From the NCBI GenBank assembly GCA_045588245.1, contig JAZNDW010000011.1:66271-130270 (forward strand): DNA of 64,000 nt, read 5' to 3'. Position 1 is the stretch's first letter. Each line of letters opens with the position of its first letter. The DNA comes from Eubacteriales bacterium. Its GTDB lineage: Bacteria; Bacillota; Clostridia; Oscillospirales; CAG-272. The notes under the pieces were generated by a model that saw only the letters and a list, made by a program, of their open reading frames with translations, did no database searches and was not told where the DNA came from. A program made the position numbers and the translations under genes. Positions 38,339 to 46,231 of this stretch are shown piece after piece.

Positions 38339-39148
38339 ATGATCGGCATTTTTGACAGCGGACTCGGCGGGCTGACCGCCTTAAAAGAACTCGCAAAACT
38401 CCTGCCAAACGAAGACTTCATTTATTTCGGTGACACAGGCCGTGTGCCTTACGGCACACGTTCCGCCGAAACCATAATCAAATATTCGCTTGAGGATATG
38501 AATTTCCTTTCCTCATTCGGAGTTGACGCGATACTCGTTGCCTGCGGCACCGTTTCGTCAACTGCCTTGCCCGAGCTTCGCCGTCACACGAACATTTCCG
38601 TTTACGGCGTTATCGAATCCGCCGTTGCCGCCGCCGCAAAGGCAACGAAAAACGGCAGGATCGGAGTCATCGGCACGAATGCAACGATAAAAAGCGGAGC
38701 TTACGAAGCGGGGCTTATGACGATCGACCCGAGCTTTGAGGTCACCTCCGTCCCCTGCCCGCTGTTCGTTCCTCTCGTTGAAAACGGATTCACCCAAATT
38801 GGTGACGAGGTCACTCTCGGCGCCGCCAAGCGATATTTGCGGCCAATGATCGAGCGCGGTGTTGACACTCTCATTCTCGGCTGCACACACTACCCGATCA
38901 TAAGCTGGGCGATAGAAGAAGCTCTTCCCGGCATCACCCTTATCAGCTCAGGCAAAGCCGCAGCCGAAACCGTGGCGCAGGATATTTTAAGCGGCCGAAT
39001 CCGCTCACGCGGCGGCGAGGGCAGCATCCGCTGCTATTGCAGCGACAAGCCCGACAATTTTGAAGCCGTTGCAAACGTTTTCATGGGCGGCATCAACATC
39101 GGGCACGCCGAAAAAATCGAAATCGAAAAATACAGTCAGAACATATAA
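38339..39148 (+). CDS. murI: Glutamate racemase
   Basis: IGIFDSGLGGL, GDTGRVPYG, VACGT, ILGCTHYP. Confidence 0.95.
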   Translation: MIGIFDSGLGGLTALKELAKLLPNEDFIYFGDTGRVPYGTRSAETIIKYSLEDMNFLSSFGVDAILVACGTVSSTALPELRRHTNISVYGVIESAVAAAAKATKNGRIGVIGTNATIKSGAYEAGLMTIDPSFEVTSVPCPLFVPLVENGFTQIGDEVTLGAAKRYLRPMIERGVDTLILGCTHYPIISWAIEEALPGITLISSGKAAAETVAQDILSGRIRSRGGEGSIRCYCSDKPDNFEAVANVFMGGINIGHAEKIEIEKYSQNI

Positions 39149-39202
39149 AACAACGTCCGCATTATACAAGCTCACGCCGAAAATGAAAGGAACTGTCACA
39201 TT

Positions 39203-40246
39203 ATGAAACAAGGAAAAGTCGGTTACGCCGTTGTCGGCCTCGGAATCGGACGCGCCCACATGGACGCAGCCGCCGCATCCGAACGCGCTGATCTTATCGC
39301 TGTCTGCGACCTGCTCACTAAAAAGCTCGATGCTGCAAAAAAGAAGTATCCCTACGTCGATATCTACACCGATTTTAACGAAATGATCAAGGACCCCAGA
39401 ATCGATGTGATCTCAATTTGTCTGCCGAGTGCGATGCACGCAGAGTACGCTTGCCGCGCCATGGCAAACGGCAAACACGTCCTTATCGAAAAGCCCATCG
39501 ACATTACTCCCGAGGCGGCACAGCGCATTGAAGATGCCCGCATCAAATACGGTGTCACCGCAGGTGTCGTTCATCAGAACCGATATAATGCACCGATGGA
39601 CGCTATCAAAGCCGCCGTTGACGGCGGCAGGCTCGGTAAGCTCGCTGTAGCAACGTTTGGCGTCAAATGGTTCCGCGAACAGAGCTACTACGAGGGCAAC
39701 TGGCACGGCACGTGGGACATGGACGGCGGCGGTTCACTGATGAATCAGGCCGTTCACACCGTTGACTTGATGCAGTGGCTCATGGGCGAGGTACACTCCG
39801 TTCACTCCGTTATGGGCATATACAATCATGACATCGAAACCGAGGACATGACGGCATCCGTTATCACGTTCAAAAGCGGCGCCGCCGCAACCTTCGTTTC
39901 AACGACCTGCGCTTACCCCGGCATTTCGACTGAGATATCGCTTTACGGCTCCAAAGGCTCTATCGAAGCCGACGCAGACGTACTCAAGACGTGGAAGCTT
40001 TGCGGCGACGACGAAGAAGAGGAAGAAGAGGCAATGCTTGAGCTTTACGGTCGCGGCAACGGTCATGCAAAAGAAATCGATCCTTCGATTCTTTTCGGTC
40101 ATACTGCCGTCGTTGAAGACATCATCTCCGCCGTTCTCGACGGACACGAGCCCCGTATCATGCCGACAGAAGCGATAAAGAGCGTCAGGATCGTTGACGC
40201 GATCTACCGCTCCGCAAAAACGAAAACGACCGTTTATTTGGATTAA
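39203..40246 (+). CDS. Gfo/Idh/MocA-family oxidoreductase
   Basis: VGLGIG, GKHVLIEKP, DGGGSLMNQAVHTVD. Confidence 0.92.
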   Translation: MKQGKVGYAVVGLGIGRAHMDAAAASERADLIAVCDLLTKKLDAAKKKYPYVDIYTDFNEMIKDPRIDVISICLPSAMHAEYACRAMANGKHVLIEKPIDITPEAAQRIEDARIKYGVTAGVVHQNRYNAPMDAIKAAVDGGRLGKLAVATFGVKWFREQSYYEGNWHGTWDMDGGGSLMNQAVHTVDLMQWLMGEVHSVHSVMGIYNHDIETEDMTASVITFKSGAAATFVSTTCAYPGISTEISLYGSKGSIEADADVLKTWKLCGDDEEEEEEAMLELYGRGNGHAKEIDPSILFGHTAVVEDIISAVLDGHEPRIMPTEAIKSVRIVDAIYRSAKTKTTVYLD

Positions 40247-40250
40247 GCTT

Positions 40251-40988
40251 ATGAAAACAGGTATATTTTCCGTAACATTCCGTCCGAAGTCACGCGAAGA
40301 AATAGTCGGGCTCACCAAAGAAGCAGGGCTCGACGCCATACTTTGGGGCGGTGACGTTCACGTGCCTCACGGCGAGCTTGTACTTGCAAGAGAAACGCTC
40401 GCGCTTTGCCAAAGTCACGACATCGGCACAGATGTATACGGTTCATATTATAAAATCTCGCCGCACGGCATCTCAGCCGTGCTTGACACAGCCGACGCAC
40501 TCGGGACAAAAACCGTCCGCATCTGGGCAGGCACGAAAGGCTCCGCCGACGTGAGCGAGGACGAGCGCCGCGCTCTCACCGAACAGCTTATAAAAGACGC
40601 CGACACCGCGCTTTCGCGCGGATTCACGCTTGCATTTGAATATCACGGCGGCACACTCACCGACAATGCCGAAAGCGCACTACGTCTGATCCGCGAGGTT
40701 GACCGCAAAAACGTCCGCCTGCATTGGCAGCCAAATCAGTACCGCGATTTTGAATTCAACAAGACCGCCTGCCGACTCGTTGCGCCTTACGTTGACGCCG
40801 TTCACGTTTTCGCCTGGGTTGGAAACGATAAATTTCCGCTTTCGACTCAACAGTACGAATGGCAGACGTATTTTTCCATACTCGCCGAGCACGGCAGCTG
40901 CTCGCTTGCCGCGCTTGAATTTCTCCCCGCCGAATGCCGCGAAGATCTTCTGCGCGACACGGAAACACTCAAAAAAATCATTCTTTAA
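40251..40988 (+). CDS. Sugar-phosphate isomerase/epimerase TIM-barrel (xylose isomerase-like) protein
   Basis: SVTFR, WGGDVHVP, YGSYY, VRIWAG, FEYHGGTLTD, HWQP; start moved to ATG 40251. Confidence 0.8.
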   Translation: MKTGIFSVTFRPKSREEIVGLTKEAGLDAILWGGDVHVPHGELVLARETLALCQSHDIGTDVYGSYYKISPHGISAVLDTADALGTKTVRIWAGTKGSADVSEDERRALTEQLIKDADTALSRGFTLAFEYHGGTLTDNAESALRLIREVDRKNVRLHWQPNQYRDFEFNKTACRLVAPYVDAVHVFAWVGNDKFPLSTQQYEWQTYFSILAEHGSCSLAALEFLPAECREDLLRDTETLKKIIL

Positions 40989-41009
40989 TTGACATAACAG
41001 GTGCGATTT

Positions 41010-42011
41010 ATGAAAAAAGCCGCATACATCGGCAGTCTCGGAAACATAAACTATGTTTATTCCGACAAAGTCAAGTCCGCCCTCTCGGATGAACTGTACT
41101 TCATAGAACCGATCCTCAAAAGATCCGAGCTTTCGGCGCGAGCCGACAAGCTGCGGGACATCTCATATCTGTTCTCAACTTGGGGAATGATTCCTCTTAC
41201 CGAAGAGGAGATCAAAACCTATCTCCCCTCGCTCAAAGCTGTGTTTTATGCCGCAGGCTCCGTCCGCGGATTTGCCGAACCTTTTCTTAACTGCGGCGTT
41301 GCCGTTTATTCAGCATGGGCGGCAAATGCCGTTCCCGTGGCGCAGTTCACGGTGTCGGAGATACTGCTTGCACTCAAAGGCTTTTTCGCGCGGCTTCACA
41401 AAAGCGGCAGAGCTGAATGGACGAATCACAACTCACCCGTTTCCTATTCGGGCATCATGGACGAAAAGGTCGGTATAATCGGTGCCGGCATGATCGGCCG
41501 AATGGTGATCGAGGAGCTTCGACGCTACCCGATAGAAGTTCTTGTTTACGATAAATTCCTCTCCGAGGACGAAATCGCTGCCATCGGCGGCAAAAAAGCA
41601 AAACTACACGAGATATTCTCCGAATGCTTCGTTATATCTAATCATCTTGCAAACATCCCCGCCACCGTCGGAATGCTCAACTACGAGCTCTTCTCAAAAA
41701 TGCGTGACGGCGCCGTTTTCATCAACACGGGGCGCGGAGCGCAGGTCGTCGCCGACGATATGATCCGCGCGCTTGACGAAAACAAAACGCGCGCCGCCGT
41801 CCTTGACGTGACCGATCCCGAGGAGCCGCCGCGCACGGGAAGCCCATTGTATAAAATGGACAACGTGTTCCTCACGCCTCATATCGCAGGTTCGATTGGG
41901 AACGAGGTACACCGTATGTCAGAATATATGTACGACGAATATAAAGCCTTTGACGTGGGTATGCCGACAAAATACGGCGTGACGCACGAAATGCTTAAAA
42001 CAATGGCGTAA
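41010..42011 (+). CDS. D-isomer-specific 2-hydroxyacid dehydrogenase family
   Basis: GIIGAGMIG, FINTGRG, LDVTDPEE, LTPHIAGS. Confidence 0.9.
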   Translation: MKKAAYIGSLGNINYVYSDKVKSALSDELYFIEPILKRSELSARADKLRDISYLFSTWGMIPLTEEEIKTYLPSLKAVFYAAGSVRGFAEPFLNCGVAVYSAWAANAVPVAQFTVSEILLALKGFFARLHKSGRAEWTNHNSPVSYSGIMDEKVGIIGAGMIGRMVIEELRRYPIEVLVYDKFLSEDEIAAIGGKKAKLHEIFSECFVISNHLANIPATVGMLNYELFSKMRDGAVFINTGRGAQVVADDMIRALDENKTRAAVLDVTDPEEPPRTGSPLYKMDNVFLTPHIAGSIGNEVHRMSEYMYDEYKAFDVGMPTKYGVTHEMLKTMA

Positions 42012-42050
42012 GCTGCCGAAAATTTCTCAAAAAGAAAGGATCTCGTTTTT

Positions 42051-43370
42051 ATGTCCGAAAAATACAAATTTTCGTATAAAACGACCGACGATCTACGCGG
42101 CTCAATTTCCGAGCTCGGACTTAACATCCCCGTTTCGGACGACACGTCCTCGCTCGCCCGCCGAGTCAGGATCGGCGGCTTCGAAACGAAAAACGCTCTC
42201 GCCGTTCATCCGATGGAGGGCTTCGACGGCACCGTAAACGGTGCTCCCGACGAGCTTACTTGCCGCCGCTATGAGCGATTTGCTTCAGGCGGTGCGGGAC
42301 TTTTCTGGTTTGAAGCTACAGCGGTATGCCCCGAAGGACGTTCCTCACGCCGTCAGCTTTGGATCAACGACGAAAACATCGACGATTATAAGCGTCTTGT
42401 CGACCGTATGCACGAGCTTTCCGACGGCGCTCCCGTCATCTGTCAGCTTACGCATTCGGGCCGCTTCTCAAAGCCCGACAACACCCCCGAGCCTCTGATC
42501 GCGTACCATAATCCGATTATGAACGAGCGCATGACGGTCGATCCGTCCGTCCCCGTTGTGACGGACGATTACCTCGACGCGCTCCACGATAAATATCTTC
42601 ATGCCTGCCATCTTGCAAAGGCGGCAGGATTCGACGGCGTTGACATCAAATCCTGTCACCGCTACCTTATGTCCGAACTCCTTTCCGCTTATACACGCGA
42701 CGGCAAATACGGCGGCTCTTACGAAAACCGCACTCGTCTGCTTCGGGAAACGGCGCGCGATGCCGCATCCGTATACGGGTCCGATGATTTTCTCATCGGC
42801 ACACGTATGTCCGTCGCAGACTGTATCCCCTACCCCTACGGCTTCTGCACCACGGAGAACGGCGAGGTAGACCTCACCGAAGCGAAAGCACTTTTGTCCG
42901 AGCTTCACGCATCGGGAATGACAGTACTCAATCTTTCGATGGGCACCCCATACTATAACCCGCACGTCAACCGTCCGTACGATTCGGGCGGATACGAGCC
43001 GCCCGAATCCCCTCTCGCGGGAGTTGAACGTATGATCAAGGCGACAGCCGAGATCAAAGCCGCCGTCCCCTCGCTTGCCCTCATCGGCACCGGTTACTCC
43101 TATCTGCGTCACCTCGCAGCCAACGTTGCCGCAGGTGTGCTTGATGCAGGACACGCCGACATGATTGGGCTCGGACGCATGGCATTTGCGTATCCCAACT
43201 TCGCCCGTGATATGATAAATGGCATCTTCGACAATAAACAAACGTGCCTTTCCTGCGGAAAGTGCGTACAGCTAATGCGTCGCTGCGCGACGTCGGGCTG
43301 TCCCATCCGCGACAAAGTTTACACGTCCATTTTCGTTGAAAATTGCGGCGGCTTGCCGAATATGTTTTGA
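42051..43370 (+). CDS. NADH:flavin oxidoreductase / Old Yellow Enzyme family with a C-terminal Cys cluster
   Basis: HPMEGFD, GGAGL.W.EAT, QLTHSGR, AGFDGVDIKSCHRY, YGGSYENRTR, GLGRMAF, CLSCGKC...GC. Confidence 0.88.
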   Translation: MSEKYKFSYKTTDDLRGSISELGLNIPVSDDTSSLARRVRIGGFETKNALAVHPMEGFDGTVNGAPDELTCRRYERFASGGAGLFWFEATAVCPEGRSSRRQLWINDENIDDYKRLVDRMHELSDGAPVICQLTHSGRFSKPDNTPEPLIAYHNPIMNERMTVDPSVPVVTDDYLDALHDKYLHACHLAKAAGFDGVDIKSCHRYLMSELLSAYTRDGKYGGSYENRTRLLRETARDAASVYGSDDFLIGTRMSVADCIPYPYGFCTTENGEVDLTEAKALLSELHASGMTVLNLSMGTPYYNPHVNRPYDSGGYEPPESPLAGVERMIKATAEIKAAVPSLALIGTGYSYLRHLAANVAAGVLDAGHADMIGLGRMAFAYPNFARDMINGIFDNKQTCLSCGKCVQLMRRCATSGCPIRDKVYTSIFVENCGGLPNMF

Positions 43371-43400
43371 TACTGCAAAACGTCAATTACGGAGAAAGCT

Positions 43401-44168
43401 ATGAATAGATCTTACGTTTTAGTAACGGGCGGCGCACGCGGAATCGGCCGCGGCATCTCCCTTTATCTCGCCTCACACGGCTTCACCGTTGCCGCCGTCG
43501 GCACGCGTGACGAGTCCGCTGTTGCGGAATTTGTCGCCGAGCTTCAAGGCTACGGCGCCGAAAATTCCTACATTCAGGGCGATATTTCAAATCACGACGA
43601 CAGAATACGCATCATTGACACATTCTACGAACGCTACGGCAGACTCGACGTGCTCGTCAATAACGCAGGCGTTGCACCCAACGTGCGTGCGGATCTGCTT
43701 GAAATGTCCGAGGAAAGCTTCGACCGGGTGCTCGGTATCAATCTGCGCGGTGCCTTCTTCTTAACGCAGTATGCGGCATCAAAAATGATCGCCGACACAC
43801 CGACCGACGCGCCGAGAATGATCGTCACGACGACGAGCATCTCTGCCGAAACGTCAAGCATCAACCGCGGCGAATACTGCATCTCGAAAGCGGGGCTTTC
43901 GATGATGGTCAAGCTCTTCGCCGACAAGCTCGCCCCCTACGGTATCAATTCATACGAGCTCCGTCCCGGCATAATCGAAACCGATATGACGGCAGGCGTC
44001 AAGGGCAAATATGAAGAAAAGATCGCGGGCGGTCTGCTCCCTATCGCACGCATGGGCTGCCCCGACGACATCGCCAAGGTCGTATACGCGCTCGCAACCG
44101 GCCTTTTCGCCTACACAACGGGCGGCGTCATCAACGTAGACGGCGGCTTCACCCTCAGCCGACTCTGA
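43401..44168 (+). CDS. Short-chain dehydrogenase/reductase (3-ketoacyl-ACP reductase-like)
   Basis: VTGGARGIG, LVNNAG, YCISK, RPGIIETDMT, INVDGG. Confidence 0.9.
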   Translation: MNRSYVLVTGGARGIGRGISLYLASHGFTVAAVGTRDESAVAEFVAELQGYGAENSYIQGDISNHDDRIRIIDTFYERYGRLDVLVNNAGVAPNVRADLLEMSEESFDRVLGINLRGAFFLTQYAASKMIADTPTDAPRMIVTTTSISAETSSINRGEYCISKAGLSMMVKLFADKLAPYGINSYELRPGIIETDMTAGVKGKYEEKIAGGLLPIARMGCPDDIAKVVYALATGLFAYTTGGVINVDGGFTLSRL

Positions 44169-44187
44169 TCCCGAAAGGAAAATTACA

Positions 44188-45420
44188 ATGAAAATTACAC
44201 CCGTAAAAGGAACAAACGATTATCTGCCAGCAGAGGCGGCGCTGCGCGACCGTCTGCAGTCTGTTATACTTGAAACTTACAAAAACCACGGTTTTGAGCA
44301 CATCATAACCCCCGCTATTGAGGATGCCGAAAACCTCGACAAATCCGACGGCGGCGACAACCTCAACCTCATCTTCAAAATTATGAAGCGCGGCGAAAAG
44401 CTCACAAGCGCGATCGAATCGGGAAAGCTCGACGAGCTTTCCGACATGGGCTTGCGCTATGACCTCACTCTGCCGCTCTGCCGTTATTATTCCGCAAATA
44501 AGGCAAATCTGCCAACACCCGCGAAGCTGATACAGATCGACCGCGTTTACCGCGCCGAGCGTCCGCAGAAAGGACGTCTGCGCGAATTTCACCAGTGCGA
44601 CATCGACATCATCGGCTCCTCCTCCGTCGATTGTGAGATCGAGCTGATCACGACGACAGCGAAGGCACTTGAAAATGTCGGCATCGGCAGCTTCCGCATC
44701 CGCATCAACGACCGTTCGCTTCTGCGCGGTGTACTTTCACGCGCCGGCTTTGCACCCGAAGCGTTCGACACCGTTTCGGTCACGTTTGACAAGCTTGACA
44801 AGATCGGACGCGACGGCGTCATCGCCGAGCTCTCAGATAAAGGATTCGACCGCGCCGTTATCGAACGTTTCTCCGCGTTCCTCGACGCTTGCCCTGTTTC
44901 CATCGACTCAATCGCCGACTACACCGACTCGACCGAAGCCGCTGACCGCATCCGCTATATCATAAAGTCCGTTAACGAGATTTCGGGCGGTGCTTACGAC
45001 GTTGATTTTGACATCTCGCTCGTGCGCGGTCAGGGCTACTACACGGGAACCGTTTTCGAGATCGAAAGCCGCGATTTCCACGGCGCCATCGGCGGCGGCG
45101 GACGCTACGACAACCTCATCGGTAAATTCACAGGCACACCGACACCCGCAGTCGGATTCTCGATCGGATTTGAACGCATCTTTGGCATTCTTCGCGACCG
45201 TGGCGCTGTTGCAAGCATAAAACCGCGTATCGCCGTCATCTATAACGCAGGTGACGTTACCCGCGCCATCAGCTACGCGAACACGCTCCGCGAACAGTAC
45301 GACGTTGCGATCGCAGAGCGCGCCAACAAGCTTGGCAAGCAGCTTGCGCGGCTTGAGGAGCGCGGCTTTATAGGCTACGCCTTCCCCGACGAAGAAGTAA
45401 AGCTGTTCTGCGACAGATAA
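44188..45420 (+). CDS. hisS: Histidyl-tRNA synthetase
   Basis: LRYDLTLP, YRAERPQKGRLREFHQCD, LVRGQGYYTG, GGGRYD, GFSIGFER. Confidence 0.95.
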   Translation: MKITPVKGTNDYLPAEAALRDRLQSVILETYKNHGFEHIITPAIEDAENLDKSDGGDNLNLIFKIMKRGEKLTSAIESGKLDELSDMGLRYDLTLPLCRYYSANKANLPTPAKLIQIDRVYRAERPQKGRLREFHQCDIDIIGSSSVDCEIELITTTAKALENVGIGSFRIRINDRSLLRGVLSRAGFAPEAFDTVSVTFDKLDKIGRDGVIAELSDKGFDRAVIERFSAFLDACPVSIDSIADYTDSTEAADRIRYIIKSVNEISGGAYDVDFDISLVRGQGYYTGTVFEIESRDFHGAIGGGGRYDNLIGKFTGTPTPAVGFSIGFERIFGILRDRGAVASIKPRIAVIYNAGDVTRAISYANTLREQYDVAIAERANKLGKQLARLEERGFIGYAFPDEEVKLFCDR

Positions 45421-45437
45421 ATGAGAATAAAAAAATC

Positions 45438-45592
45438 GAAGGGGGAACCTTTTTATAAAAGGTTCCCCCTTTCGCTACCCTTCGAAAATTTTCAAACGGT
45501 TTTTGCGGCACGGCTGCAACATTTCCGACAGTCACCGATCTTTTCTATGAAGGTGCGGAGGGGAACTTTATCTTAAAAAGTTCCCCTCCGCA
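45438..45592. repeat. Paired related hairpins (REP/MITE-like) that also serve as terminators between convergent genes
   Basis: AAGGGGGAACCTTTT..AAAAGGTTCCCCCTT at about 45439-45471 and GCGGAGGGGAACTTT..AAAGTTCCCCTCCGC at about 45555-45591. Confidence 0.6.
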
Positions 45593-45601
45593 TATTTTTC
45601 T

Positions 45602-46168
45602 TTATTTTTTCTTTTTCTTCAGCGCAAAGCCGATGTTGCCGATCTTTTTGCCGAGAAGGTAATAAGCTCCGTGAGCGTATGCGGCAAGTCCGGCTCGCTC
45701 AAGATGAAGCGTGCCTCCCTCGTCAACGAGGTCCTCGTCAACGTCTACTGCCACCACGTCCGCGATGAACATATCGTGCGATCCCATCGGCGTAACGCTT
45801 ATGACCCGACACTCAAGGCTGAGCGGACTTTCCGCGATAAGCGGACACGAGACCTCGGTTGCCGCCTCGCGCGTCAGCCCAAAGCGCGTGAATTTGTCCA
45901 TTTTCTTACCCGTGTACATTCCGCATTTGTCCGCCGCTTTCACCATGGATGACGTCGTCAGATTGATAACGAACTCGCCCTTTTCCTTGATGATGCCGTA
46001 TGAATGACGGCTCGGACGGACGGAAACATAAACGCGTGGCGGCCGCGTTGACACCATGCCGCACCACGCAACCGTGATTATGTTGTCATCTTTGTCAATG
46101 TCGCCGCACGTCACCATCGTCGGCGACACAGGCGCTAAAAGCGCCGCACCTTTCCACTTGATCTTCAT
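45602..46168 (-). CDS. Flavin reductase-like family protein
   Basis: NIITVAW, VSVRPSRHS, GEFVINL, ESPLSLECRV, GSHDMF. Confidence 0.88.
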   Translation of the reverse strand: MKIKWKGAALLAPVSPTMVTCGDIDKDDNIITVAWCGMVSTRPPRVYVSVRPSRHSYGIIKEKGEFVINLTTSSMVKAADKCGMYTGKKMDKFTRFGLTREAATEVSCPLIAESPLSLECRVISVTPMGSHDMFIADVVAVDVDEDLVDEGGTLHLERAGLAAYAHGAYYLLGKKIGNIGFALKKKKK

Positions 46169-46231
46169 GATCTACTCCGTCTTTCTATACCAAATCAGGG
46201 GCAAACCGACGGCTGCCCCTGAAAATAGCTG

